Positions 21,253 to 31,165 of a stretch of DNA of 64,000 bases are shown piece by piece. This stretch comes from Bdellovibrionota bacterium (lineage in GTDB: Bacteria > Bdellovibrionota_C > UBA2361 > OMIW01): contig JBIIHQ010000004.1 in NCBI GenBank assembly GCA_044235645.1, positions 185,562-249,561 of the forward strand. The letters are read 5' to 3'. The position numbers and the translations under genes were made by a program. The notes beneath the pieces were generated by a model that ran no database searches, had not been told where the DNA came from, and saw only the letters and a list, made by a program, of their open reading frames with translations. Each line of letters starts with the position of its first letter. The first letter of the stretch is position 1.

Positions 21253-23462
21253 GACAGTTCTCCCCTTAGAAAGGCTACAGCGGATCGGAGAGAGCTGAAA
21301 GATCGCCATCGTCTTTTTTTAAGATGAGCCCGGATGACTTCGAGATCTCGGGTTCGTAAGCGATCGATCTCGGATGAGGATAATCTGTAGAGAGTACCCT
21401 GTGGTCCATAAGTTGTCCGAAGGAGAACGGGACGGAGGAGAAAACAGGGGGATCCGAGGATACAGGTGATGCGTTCCTCATATTCGGAGTATGTTTCTCC
21501 CTCGTGCCGGGGAAGGCCCGCATCACGGAGAATGCTGATGACCGCCCGGAACGAGGCCCGCAACCGACCCTGGCAGGAGCGGTAGCCCATCCAACCGAAA
21601 CGAAGGAAAACTTTCACCATGAGGAGAAATACCAAGGACATTGAGAGTCCCCAAAGCACGATCTGGGGAGAAGGCGGGGACCAGCGTGACCTTGTATCCT
21701 CCATTCCGGGCTCGTTTGAAATATCAGAGGGGGCGAGAATTTCCTCGTCTGGTCCGATCATTCCCATCAGCTCTTCAAGCGCTTTTACGTCAACCGGCGA
21801 GTCGGCGTGACTCTCAACTTGTTCGGGTTGAGTATCAAAGGGAACCCAGCCTGCGCCAGTCACGTACACTTCAGCCCACGAGTGACGATCGCTCATACGA
21901 AGAAGGATATGGCCGTCTTTTGACTGGCTAAGATCCGTCATATATCCCGTGGCGATTCGGGAGGGAATGCCTAGGGAACGGAGGAGGTACACAGTGGCAT
22001 GGGCGAAGTGAACACAATAGCCCCGAAGATCTCCGAAGAGGAAAGGCTCGACCGGATCACCCCCCGTCGGAATCTCATGATTTGGTTGGAGGGTATAAAT
22101 TGCGTTTTTTGATAGCCAATCGGCTATGGCAAGTGCTTGAGAAACTTTCCCAGTAACTCCCGCGGTTATTTTCTTTGCAAATTCGGCGTACCTATAGTCA
22201 GGATGGTAAATTGTGTAATGTAATCTCTCATCATCACTCCATCGCGGATCGCCAACATCGCGACTCGCTAGATTCTCAATAGAAAAAGTGGGAGCGAGTG
22301 AGAGTGCCCGATAAGCCGATTTAAAACGATCCGGGCGCGGATTCTTCAGCGGTACCATGCTCGTTGGGTAATCAACCGCGAAAGGGTTTTCAGCCATCGC
22401 GATGAGAAATATTGATTGTGGGAGCTCTATTCTTCCGTCGAGAGAAGTGTCTTTATCCCGGTGAAAGGGCTGGTGAGGAGAGCCACGGAACACATCTTGG
22501 TCGAATTGGGTAGAAGCCATCACCAAGGCGTTATCGGCGAGCTGAGAAAGAGCAGATTCGCGGAGATAAAGCTTTTTTGTGAAGGGATTTTCCGGATAGT
22601 CCCCATCGAGTCGAACGAGTGCCGCCGGTTGAGCTGTTCCTCCAACAGCAGAGTGAAAATTCAAGGGACTAATACCCTCCTGGTTGGCCTGGCCTACACC
22701 GTTTGCTGCTCGAGATCCCACCGATTTTTTCATTGAATGATACAGGCCTTCGCCAAGGCCCCAAAGGGACAGGATAACAATAATCGGGGGAATCAATCGC
22801 GATAATCTTCGAAGTGGAGTTTGCTTGGCAGCAACTGCACTGACCACGTCGGCGCGTCCCAAATTGAGCGAGAGCGCAGTAATGTAGCTGAGGACACCTC
22901 CGAGACATACCGCTGCGATCACGAGAAAGGTGGAAAGATACTCAAGGTTAAGATCCCAAGCTAAAGATGCAATGAACTTCGGCTTGTCGATGTGAAGATT
23001 CCGGTGGGCTGCGAGAAGGCAGACGACTCCTGAGAGAAGGGCGAACAGCTCAGAGGTGACCGCCCAACGATGACGGAAGACGATGACGGAGGACAGGGTC
23101 AGCGCGAGGAATGTCCACGTAGCAAGGGTGGCGTGCTCTGCAATGATGTAGGGTGTTAGTGGTGAGTCGGCCCCAAATGGAGGGAGACGAAGAAACGTTC
23201 CGAGCACAACATGGAAGAGCAAGAGAGCGATGATGGTTACTGTGGCAATGCCACGAGAGGTAACTCGGCAGGGAGTGATTATTACCGCCGAACCGATACC
23301 CATCGCACCTGCAGTAATAAGGAGGTAGGGATAGCTTGCCAGATCGATGAGATTGTCGACGAGAAAAAGAGTCGCTACAAAAAGGAAAAACCGCGCCAGC
23401 GCCGCTATAAAGAGGGCTCGATGTAAGGATACCGATGTTGGGTTGAGTATCTTGAAGGGCAT
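21249..23462 (-). CDS. transglutaminase-like membrane protein (DUF3488-type N-terminal transmembrane domain plus a transglutaminase core)
   Basis: At least six N-terminal transmembrane helices, then the catalytic triad context GYCVHFAHATVYLLRSLGIPSRIATGY...HSWAEVYVTGAGWVPFD. Confidence 0.8.
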   Translation of the reverse strand: MPFKILNPTSVSLHRALFIAALARFFLFVATLFLVDNLIDLASYPYLLITAGAMGIGSAVIITPCRVTSRGIATVTIIALLLFHVVLGTFLRLPPFGADSPLTPYIIAEHATLATWTFLALTLSSVIVFRHRWAVTSELFALLSGVVCLLAAHRNLHIDKPKFIASLAWDLNLEYLSTFLVIAAVCLGGVLSYITALSLNLGRADVVSAVAAKQTPLRRLSRLIPPIIVILSLWGLGEGLYHSMKKSVGSRAANGVGQANQEGISPLNFHSAVGGTAQPAALVRLDGDYPENPFTKKLYLRESALSQLADNALVMASTQFDQDVFRGSPHQPFHRDKDTSLDGRIELPQSIFLIAMAENPFAVDYPTSMVPLKNPRPDRFKSAYRALSLAPTFSIENLASRDVGDPRWSDDERLHYTIYHPDYRYAEFAKKITAGVTGKVSQALAIADWLSKNAIYTLQPNHEIPTGGDPVEPFLFGDLRGYCVHFAHATVYLLRSLGIPSRIATGYMTDLSQSKDGHILLRMSDRHSWAEVYVTGAGWVPFDTQPEQVESHADSPVDVKALEELMGMIGPDEEILAPSDISNEPGMEDTRSRWSPPSPQIVLWGLSMSLVFLLMVKVFLRFGWMGYRSCQGRLRASFRAVISILRDAGLPRHEGETYSEYEERITCILGSPCFLLRPVLLRTTYGPQGTLYRLSSSEIDRLRTRDLEVIRAHLKKRRWRSFSSLRSAVAFLRGELS

Positions 23463-23486
23463 GGGAGACTTGAAAACGAAACAAGA

Positions 23487-24851
23487 CTAAAGCGATCCAC
23501 AAATGACAATGCGTCCACCCAGCCCACTGGCCCGCACTTTCACCGAATGAAGCATCTCTTGGGGATCGGTTGTATCTTCCATATTTGGATTTGGTTTAAG
23601 AAACCACCATACTCCTAGTTTGCGGGGGAGGGGCGTTCTCTCGGAGCGGGAGGTCAAAGTCGCCGCGGGCTCGGCCAGAGCTTCGGGAGTAATGTACCAC
23701 ACGGGTTCTAGTCCATGCGAACCCAGTAATTCGGAAACAACGCTCAAAAGGTCTGCTCTTGACGAGTCAAGCAGGCGGCGGCTGCTAATGAAAAGGGCAA
23801 CCTGGTAAGTCTCCCCGTTTGAGCTGTCTTCGGTCAGCTCGGAGATAAAGTGTTGAAGATCGGGAATAAGTTGTCGGTCAATCGCGTCCCACGTGCTCTC
23901 GAGGATGAGTCGCTCGATATCGGGAATATTTCGTGCCAAATGACGGCCAGTTGTCATGCCGAGACATCCGCATCGGACCTCCATGCCGAGGGACACCGAA
24001 CGAACCAGGTATCTACAACCTGCTGCAGCAACTCTGTCCTCATTTTTCTCGGCAATGATAAACGCAACAGTCTTTCCCTCAGGCTGACTGTGGTGTTCGG
24101 GGTGTCGGGCAACTAATTCTCCCGTCCTCGCAAATATTTTCCAAACTATTCGTCGAATTCCATCCGAGGGGTCGTATCGTTTGAGGTCGAAAAGTTCACC
24201 CTCTGCGGGTGAGTCGGAGGGAGTAACCTCTCCTGAACTTCGCCGAGTTGAGACAATAGGCAGTTCTTGCTCCAAGGAAGGTGGAGGGTAAATGGTAAGC
24301 CGTAGAGGGAGCGCGAGAGGGCACTCCCACCGGATAGAGGTAAGCCCAAGGATGTCCGAGCAGGTTACCCGAAGTTTGGTTACGGACCATTCGCCCCGAT
24401 GAGGAAGAATGACCGGGAAAGGGGCACTAAAAAGGCCACCCCATGCGGAACTCAATTCAGCAACGGGATGCGATATACGTGCTTCGGGCCAGAGAGGCGT
24501 GATGCGGAGTCTGAAAAAAGGAAGACGGGCTCCTAGTCGGGCCGACGCGATGAGGGATATCGAACGACCCGAAACAAAGTAACCATCTGATGTAGGCAGA
24601 GAATCGAGGGAAACCGTGGCGGTGCGTGAGAATCGTGCTCTTGACAAAAAGCCTCCCACCACACAGTAGGTGAGGAGTAGAGAGGCGCCAAATCCGAGGT
24701 ATCGAGCGACAATATCGAACGCTGCAGCTGGTGGTCCTCCCAAAAAATAGGCGGCTACACTGGCGAGGCCCAAGCCCCGTATCGTGACCGGGCTGCGAAC
24801 GTTCAGGCGGTTGAGGAGAGGAGGTGCATGTGGATGTCGGACAGAGGGCAT
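23487..24851 (-). CDS. DUF58 (vWA-like) protein, the usual MoxR partner
   Basis: Two N-terminal transmembrane helices and the DUF58 core motif GELFDLKRYDPSDGIRRIVWKIFARTGELVARHPE. Confidence 0.72.
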   Translation of the reverse strand: MPSVRHPHAPPLLNRLNVRSPVTIRGLGLASVAAYFLGGPPAAAFDIVARYLGFGASLLLTYCVVGGFLSRARFSRTATVSLDSLPTSDGYFVSGRSISLIASARLGARLPFFRLRITPLWPEARISHPVAELSSAWGGLFSAPFPVILPHRGEWSVTKLRVTCSDILGLTSIRWECPLALPLRLTIYPPPSLEQELPIVSTRRSSGEVTPSDSPAEGELFDLKRYDPSDGIRRIVWKIFARTGELVARHPEHHSQPEGKTVAFIIAEKNEDRVAAAGCRYLVRSVSLGMEVRCGCLGMTTGRHLARNIPDIERLILESTWDAIDRQLIPDLQHFISELTEDSSNGETYQVALFISSRRLLDSSRADLLSVVSELLGSHGLEPVWYITPEALAEPAATLTSRSERTPLPRKLGVWWFLKPNPNMEDTTDPQEMLHSVKVRASGLGGRIVICGSL

Positions 24852-24923
24852 GACTTAAGGATCGAAACGGGGATAAGGGGTGAGGTGGTTGTGTCTAATT
24901 GAGTTCTCTATTGTACACTTCTG

Positions 24924-26894
24924 GTGGTCAGTGAGGTAGGGTTGTGTTGGATATTACACCTTCATTGTTTTTTTGATCCAATAGGTCATGTGAGACAGTA
25001 TTCCGAAACACCCTTCATTCTCCGATTCACATCTCGCTTGGAACAATGTGTTCTCCTCGAAGGCTCAGACGTTTGGCGAATCTCGTCCATATGGGAGGCA
25101 TTTCGGCAGAGAGCCCGTTCGCAACGAGGTGATTGCATAGGGGGCAGAGGAGCGAAAAGCCGGTGTCACACTCCAGTCTCTATCGAGGGCTTCCGGTGGA
25201 TTGTTCCGCTTGATATTCTCGAGTTAGTCGGCTCAGGTCGAACAGTCGGACATCTTTTTGGACTTGAGCAGCTCCTGCTTGAGCTTGTAACCCTCATGGG
25301 TTCTTGGTCGTGTACTGGGTGCGGGGGGATGGTTACGCGGGATACAGCCTCCCAATTAGCGATGAAATTCGCAATGGCCGAGAAGGGAATCGCAGTTTGC
25401 GTGGTTCCGCGGGCGCCAAATGATCCCTGCCTCGAGGAGCTCAGCTCATTTTTCGGTGTTACTCGAGTTTTAATCGGTGATCGTTTAATGCGGAGTGACG
25501 ATCGAAGGGTAATGGGAAAAGATGGTTCAGTTAGCGAAGGGGTGGTAGTTGCCTCTCTTAGTGTGCCGGTGGATATACACGAGGGGGTGCACTGGCTTCG
25601 GGATGTCCGCACTCGATACCCAGGACATCTTGATATCGGGCTGGTCGCGACTGAGGGCACGGACTTTCGAAGGCTCGGGGCATATGGTGAATCAATCCGT
25701 TGTCTTGAGTGTGGAGTGATGTCTCTCGCTCCCACGCTCCGAGAGCTAAGCCAATCGGTCATCAAAGACGCTCAAACCCGATCATCGATTCAGCGGAATT
25801 TTTTCTTGGGTGGACAATCGCTCAAAGAGCTGCTCGCAGGAAAGCTCCGCACAGTGGCTCAAGCCATTCTTGGTATTGCGCAGGAGACGGGAGTTGAGGG
25901 CATTGACTTGGCTTTTTTGGAGAGGATTGTCAAGTTAAACCGACGAATCGGGGAAACTATGCTCGAGAGTCAGATGAGCTCTCTTTGTCCAGCGGATGTG
26001 GTCGACTTAGCCGTTGCTCGAATAGAGTGCGCCGGATTGTCGGGCCTACAGGTTATCGTTAATGAATTAAGCCGACAGGATGTGAGGGAATGGTGGAGGC
26101 GAATTGAGGAGAATGATTCTGCACAGTCAGAGGTGAGCCTTCTTTTTTTGACCCGTACTGATGAGGTCAGAGATTGTTTGGTTACCGAGTGTTCGATCCA
26201 AGATGCTTTTCGAAATAGTGAAGTAATAGCTCCCGAGAGTCAGTGGGGAGTCCCTGAAGGTTGGACGACGATATGTGCGGGCTCAGTTGTCAAAATTCGC
26301 GTTGATGCTGAATCTCACCGAGATTCGGGCGATTTGTCCAAGCGGGTTGAGGTTCTGGTTCGAGCCAAAGGTGTGAGGGGGGCAGTTATTACGTTGTCTC
26401 CTCGAGAGATCGCGGGCCAGAAAGGTCAGGTGGGTGAAGTCTCAGGTGTGTTTCACCATCTGGCTGAATTGGGAGCTCGACTCCCGATTGCTCGAGCGCA
26501 AGGTATCTCGACTCGGCAGATAAGTGAGGGATTTCAGGGGTATCGAACCCTTCCGCCATTTTTTGGTCTGTCAACCCACGAGTTGAGGAGGATTCCGCTG
26601 GAGCAACTAGTTCTTCGAGTGCCGAGGGTGGGGTATGCTCACGAATTACTTCGAGCCATAATTGCAGCGGGGGGGGGCGGAGTTTCGCTATCGGAGGATG
26701 TATCAACGCATCCCGCCGGTCTTCGAATCATTTACGGATTGTGTGGCGAAATACCTCTTAAGAAGAGGTGTTTGGTCGTCGCTCGGGTCCGCTGGCTCCT
26801 ATGTAAGTCGCAGGAGGATGTTTTAGATGCCATGCTGCAGGAAGAATTACTGAGAGCCGGTTCATGCCCCACCGTTGTGTGGCTGGATCGATGA
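24924..26894 (+). CDS. large hypothetical protein (656 aa) with CxxC pairs and no recognisable domain
   Basis: Long ORF on the same strand as the downstream pssA and separated from it by 13 nt. It contains the Cys pairs CTGCGG and CLEC. The N-terminal ~90 aa are of doubtful coding quality. Confidence 0.45.
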   Translation: MVSEVGLCWILHLHCFFDPIGHVRQYSETPFILRFTSRLEQCVLLEGSDVWRISSIWEAFRQRARSQRGDCIGGRGAKSRCHTPVSIEGFRWIVPLDILELVGSGRTVGHLFGLEQLLLELVTLMGSWSCTGCGGMVTRDTASQLAMKFAMAEKGIAVCVVPRAPNDPCLEELSSFFGVTRVLIGDRLMRSDDRRVMGKDGSVSEGVVVASLSVPVDIHEGVHWLRDVRTRYPGHLDIGLVATEGTDFRRLGAYGESIRCLECGVMSLAPTLRELSQSVIKDAQTRSSIQRNFFLGGQSLKELLAGKLRTVAQAILGIAQETGVEGIDLAFLERIVKLNRRIGETMLESQMSSLCPADVVDLAVARIECAGLSGLQVIVNELSRQDVREWWRRIEENDSAQSEVSLLFLTRTDEVRDCLVTECSIQDAFRNSEVIAPESQWGVPEGWTTICAGSVVKIRVDAESHRDSGDLSKRVEVLVRAKGVRGAVITLSPREIAGQKGQVGEVSGVFHHLAELGARLPIARAQGISTRQISEGFQGYRTLPPFFGLSTHELRRIPLEQLVLRVPRVGYAHELLRAIIAAGGGGVSLSEDVSTHPAGLRIIYGLCGEIPLKKRCLVVARVRWLLCKSQEDVLDAMLQEELLRAGSCPTVVWLDR

Positions 26895-26991
26895 TTGAGA
26901 GGAGTGAGTGGTGAAAAGGGGACCTGTATTTCCGCTTAAATTGAGGTCGATTGTGCCAGAGTTTGCGGAAGTTGAGAGTGGGAGTATCGGA

Positions 26992-27798
26992 ATGAAAAAA
27001 TTATCTCCGCAAGAGAGAGATGCGCGTAGGGAACGGCTGCGGGGGCGGATTGTTCGGAGTCGTTTTTTGGTACCGAATGCGGTGACCGTTGGTAATATGT
27101 TCTGTGGCTTTCTTTCTATTGTCCACAGCTCTTCAGGACGATTCAAGGAGGCGGCGCTGGCGGTGCTCTTCGCCATACTCCTTGATGGGCTTGATGGTCG
27201 GGTTGCGCGCCGGCTTAACGCGACTTCTCCCTTTGGGGTCGAGTTTGATTCTTTCAGTGATCTTGTTTCCTTTGGCTTGGCACCAGGACTGTTGGTTTAC
27301 AACTGGTGCTTCAAAATGCAAGCCGACGAGGTTGGGGTCTTGGTGGCATTCCTTTATGCGGTATGTGCAGCAGGAAGGCTTGCTAGGTTTAATGTAGCAC
27401 CTCCGACATTGCGTGCATTCGTCGGTTTGCCATCACCGGGAGCAGCAGCAGCCATGGCGTCGATGGTATACGCGATACCGGAGCCTGTGATGAGCTCATT
27501 TGCGGTTGGATTAGTCGCGCTTATCACCCTTGTTCTTGGGGTCTTAATGGTTGCTTCGATTCCCTACACGAGCATAAAGATGCTCAAATTGAGTCATTTA
27601 CATCTCCCGGAGGTCGTGGCGATAGCCGCTTTCATCGCGCTTTTGTGGTATAGCGCTCGCATAGGGTTGCTCGTAGTAAGTTTTGGATATGCCTCATCAG
27701 GGGTCGTCCTATGGACTGTGGGGCGTCAACAACGGGAGCGAAGCGATGGTGGCGAATCTACGAGCTGTGTCTGCCCGCCTGAAGAGATTGAGAAATAG
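26992..27798 (+). CDS. pssA: CDP-diacylglycerol--serine O-phosphatidyltransferase (CDP-alcohol phosphatidyltransferase family)
   Basis: Motif DGLDGRVAR...G...EFDSFSD matches D-x2-DG-x2-AR...G-x3-D-x3-D. The start at MKKLSPQ was chosen by alignment; the ORF is open to 26908. Confidence 0.8.
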   Translation: MKKLSPQERDARRERLRGRIVRSRFLVPNAVTVGNMFCGFLSIVHSSSGRFKEAALAVLFAILLDGLDGRVARRLNATSPFGVEFDSFSDLVSFGLAPGLLVYNWCFKMQADEVGVLVAFLYAVCAAGRLARFNVAPPTLRAFVGLPSPGAAAAMASMVYAIPEPVMSSFAVGLVALITLVLGVLMVASIPYTSIKMLKLSHLHLPEVVAIAAFIALLWYSARIGLLVVSFGYASSGVVLWTVGRQQRERSDGGESTSCVCPPEEIEK

Positions 27799-28036
27799 AT
27801 ATTCCATGGTCAGCGAGCAGCAACGGTATTCCACCCCTCACGAGATATCCAACGGCTCCATCCTCCCGTACGAGGATATCTTCGAACTCTGACGGCGACC
27901 CTTTCCCAGTGACTGTTTGCAACAATCCATTCTCAGCCATATCCTTTAAGCGGGCTACCGTGCACACATCCGCTCGTTTCAGAGGCTGTCGGGATTCTGG
28001 GCACACAAGAAGGGTTAGAATTTCATTGGTGATCAT
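27758..28036 (-). CDS. Trm112-family small protein (UPF0434/YcaR-like zinc-ribbon-like)
   Basis: ILTLLVCPESRQPL...DGAVGYLVRGGIPLLL matches the Trm112 fold signature. It overlaps both neighbouring genes by a few codons. Confidence 0.55.
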   Translation of the reverse strand: MITNEILTLLVCPESRQPLKRADVCTVARLKDMAENGLLQTVTGKGSPSEFEDILVREDGAVGYLVRGGIPLLLADHGISISQSLQAGRHSS

Positions 28037-30113
28037 GGTTTTCAGTCTCCACGGGCTCCTCGTTGTCCGTAGTATAGGCATTAACGAGGGCAGAGTGGAA
28101 CCCTGGGAGCCGGGGGGATGGTTGTTCCCAGCTAATCACGCATAGCTCATCCTGTGCTCGAGTCGCTGCCACGTAGAGAAGATTAGCCGAAAGGGGTGAG
28201 TCGGGGAGCCTCTTTTTACTAGGATTCCAGAGGGCAACGGATGAGAACTCCAGCCCCTTCGCAAGTGATATGTCACTCACAAGGATTCCCTCGTCGAGGG
28301 TAAAGGCGCTTGGGTCGGCTAATTCGAGCAAATTACCGAAAGTAGGTTTCAGGAGAGATGCGGCTATTCTCGCCTCCTCCCGCGATGCACAGAGCACTGA
28401 ACAGAGTGTACCCGGATGTACCTGCAATGCGTGGGTGAGCCACTGAATCATCTGAGCGTGCCCAATTTCCTCCCGCTTGCATCGAACCCAGAGGGGACGA
28501 GGTCCAGTGCGACCTTCTGCGGGAAGCTCATCGCCACGGCATGCAGCCGCGAACTGCATGATGGGCAGGGTGCATCGGTATGGAACCGTCAGGTGTATCA
28601 GAGATACCTCAGGTTCGTTTGGTTTACGAAGGACCTCGCGAACAAATGACCAGCCGGGCAGGGAGTCCGGACGCTCGGTTTGTTGTGCTGAATCTCCTAC
28701 GAGGGTAAGCCCTCGGGAATTTTTTGCGGCGAGCGCGATGCATGACAGCTCAACCCCATTTAAATCCTGTACTTCATCAGCAATGATGGCATCATAACGA
28801 ATCGGCTCGAAGGGTAAATCTTTTCCGATGCGGAGTGCCTCAAGTTGAATCCAGAGGGCTAGCATGAGGTCGTGCCGATCGAAATCGTCGGCTTGAACGG
28901 AAGAGTAGTAATCGATTGATTCCCCGATACCGTCCATGTGCGGAGATGGCTTTCTTGAGCCTTTGTGGTGTGGATTCCAATCTGAGGAGAGGGCAGCTAT
29001 CAAGAGAGAACGAATACTTTCAAGGAAACCTTTGCTGAGGGAGCCGATTTTTTCTCCTGGATAATCATCTAAAAATTTATGATCGCGGATCAGAGGTTCC
29101 AATTGTCTGAGAAGGGTAACACTCGTTCTCACAGCTACGCTTGCAGCGGAGCCGTTCACGGCGGTCGTGGCACGAGATTCTCCGCCAACATTAAGAGTTT
29201 TAGAGGTCCATTCTGGTAGTGTGTAAACCGTCACGCCCGGTATAGATAGTTTTTCGAGAGAATTCCTGATGTAGCTTCTCAGTAGCGGATTGAGTACGAC
29301 GATCGCACTTCTGTCGGGAGAAATTTCTTCTCGACACTCGCTGAACAGCCAGGCTGCCCTATGGAGAGCTACGGTGGTCTTTCCAGACCCCGCCACCCCT
29401 TGAATGAGGACAGGAGATTGTGCATCTCGAGTTATTGCATCGAATTGGGCCGCTGAGATAAAAGACAGGACATCAGGGAGGCTCGAAGATGCAGAGAATG
29501 GTGCAGATGACCTGACAGCCGGATCGCCCGCCTTGCGCCAGCCGTCGTCTGTTAATACCAAAGCACCTTGTGAATGGGTTATTCTCCGCAGTATTCCGTG
29601 TTCAATTTCGACCTGACGTCTCAAGATCACGGTACCGTAGCGATCCGTGCCCTGAATTTCCTCTGCGAACTCATCCCCCTCTTTGTAATGGTAGTACAAC
29701 TTCGAAAGAGGAGCCTTTTTCCAATCGACGATACGACAGTCGCCGTTCGGGTGGTGCCCTACCTTGAATTCTCGCTCGACGGGTCCTGTATCGGATTCCT
29801 CTCGGATTACAAGCCGTGCAAAATAAGGCCTATTGAGAAGGGCATGGAGCCGCTCGACCTCTTCCTCGCTCCGTTCCTTCAGCGTGTGCGAAAGCCGTTC
29901 CTGATCCCCGAGTGAAGCCTTTTCCTCGAACCTTCGGGATGCGACTAGTTCATGAGTAAGCCTTCGAGCCCGATTCGTCTCCACAGTGAGTCGCCGCGTT
30001 TGATCGGCCTCTTGGAGTTGGAGACCGATGATTACCGTTCGGAGAACGGCCTCCTCTTCGGCAACAATCGCGAGTTCCTCGGGAGTTAAAAAGGATTTCA
30101 TACAGCCAGGCAA
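28023..30113 (-). CDS. UvrD-family helicase, HelD-like (helicase IV type)
   Basis: Walker A GVAGSGKTTVALHRAAWL, the HelD-like N-terminal region KVGHHPNGDCRIVDWKKAPLSKLYY, and a helicase C-terminal part (LYVAATRAQDEL). Confidence 0.78.
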   Translation of the reverse strand: MPGCMKSFLTPEELAIVAEEEAVLRTVIIGLQLQEADQTRRLTVETNRARRLTHELVASRRFEEKASLGDQERLSHTLKERSEEEVERLHALLNRPYFARLVIREESDTGPVEREFKVGHHPNGDCRIVDWKKAPLSKLYYHYKEGDEFAEEIQGTDRYGTVILRRQVEIEHGILRRITHSQGALVLTDDGWRKAGDPAVRSSAPFSASSSLPDVLSFISAAQFDAITRDAQSPVLIQGVAGSGKTTVALHRAAWLFSECREEISPDRSAIVVLNPLLRSYIRNSLEKLSIPGVTVYTLPEWTSKTLNVGGESRATTAVNGSAASVAVRTSVTLLRQLEPLIRDHKFLDDYPGEKIGSLSKGFLESIRSLLIAALSSDWNPHHKGSRKPSPHMDGIGESIDYYSSVQADDFDRHDLMLALWIQLEALRIGKDLPFEPIRYDAIIADEVQDLNGVELSCIALAAKNSRGLTLVGDSAQQTERPDSLPGWSFVREVLRKPNEPEVSLIHLTVPYRCTLPIMQFAAACRGDELPAEGRTGPRPLWVRCKREEIGHAQMIQWLTHALQVHPGTLCSVLCASREEARIAASLLKPTFGNLLELADPSAFTLDEGILVSDISLAKGLEFSSVALWNPSKKRLPDSPLSANLLYVAATRAQDELCVISWEQPSPRLPGFHSALVNAYTTDNEEPVETENHDHQ

Positions 30114-30462
30114 AAACTACACTGCAAAAAACTTCAAAAAAATAAACGCAGTTCTAAGATATGCAGGGGTTCGGCTAATCGAAGAGAAAACTTAAGGGTC
30201 GTGTGCGCAAAAGGGTATTTTTTGTTTTGACCGGTGCCGCTGGGTCGAGGCGAAATTTGGGTGTAGAGACATGGCCATATCTTGCTTCGGCGGAGCTGTT
30301 CATATAAAAGGGTAGTGTTTCAGGCCACTCAGTGCGGCGAGAGAGCCGTACCGAGGTGATGATGGCTCTGGGGGGGCGGATTTTCTGGGGCGTCCCCACT
30401 TGGGATGCAAGTTCTGGGATGCTCCTAGGGTGGACATCCGGCGGAGAAGGCAAAGGGGGGGA

Positions 30463-31080
30463 TACATGGGTTCTCAGTCGGGGTGGGCGAACAAAAATTC
30501 GCCGGAAGAGGTGCAGGTGGCGATGGTCGCCCTTAAGCACGATGGGGCCCCCTTGGTGAAAAGGTCGAGGGTTCGGCTCGGGGACCTCGAAGTGTGGTGT
30601 GAACGAGTTCACCAGCGTAGATTTTTGGAGGAGCTGAAATCACATCCGACTTATCGCTTCGATATGTTCGTCTCGGTAACGGTTGTTGATTGGATGGACC
30701 GTGCGGAAGAGCGTTTTGAGGTCGTTTATCACCTTTTGTCTCTCTCCACGAATGCTCGACTAAGATTGAGGGTTTGGGCACCAGAGGGCGATCCAGTTGT
30801 CGACTCGGTATCGGACCTGTGGCCAGGTGCTGACTTCATGGAAAGAGAGGCTTGGGATATGTACGGCGTAGTGTTCCGGGGACATCCTAACCTTCGTCGA
30901 ATCCTCATGTACGATGAGTTTAAGGGGTATCCCCTACGGAAAGATTATCCCGTCCAAGGCAAGCAACCGCGCATTCCCCTCCGGGCTCCGGAGGTTCGCA
31001 ATACGGCGGTCGATATGAAGCGACCCGAGCTGGTAGCAATTAATCCTCGCCGAAAGTGGACGGAATCGGCAAATCGATAG
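30463..31080 (+). CDS. nuoC: NADH-quinone oxidoreductase subunit C (30 kDa)
   Basis: DLWPGADFMEREAWDMYGVVFRGHPNLRRILMYDEFKGYPLRKDYP. The start is uncertain (30463 or 30523); the ORF is open from 30400. Confidence 0.85.
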   Translation, partial: YMGSQSGWANKNSPEEVQVAMVALKHDGAPLVKRSRVRLGDLEVWCERVHQRRFLEELKSHPTYRFDMFVSVTVVDWMDRAEERFEVVYHLLSLSTNARLRLRVWAPEGDPVVDSVSDLWPGADFMEREAWDMYGVVFRGHPNLRRILMYDEFKGYPLRKDYPVQGKQPRIPLRAPEVRNTAVDMKRPELVAINPRRKWTESANR

Positions 31081-31165
31081 ATTTACCATGGAGAGAAGGT
31101 TCTGGTCGCAGCCCTTCCCCAGGACTGAGATATTCCCCGCAGACGATTCCCCGAAAGAGATACCT

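Noticed and set aside
25166-25765. 199-aa minus-strand ORF, rich in Ser, Thr and Arg, lying inside the 656-aa plus-strand gene
   Set aside because: It has the low-complexity composition typical of an antisense frame in GC-rich coding DNA, and shows no domain or plausible start context.
30175-30612. 145-aa proline-rich minus-strand ORF overlapping the nuoC start region
   Set aside because: It is antisense to the nuoC 5' end and promoter, with a low-complexity Pro/Arg composition. It is unlikely to be a gene.
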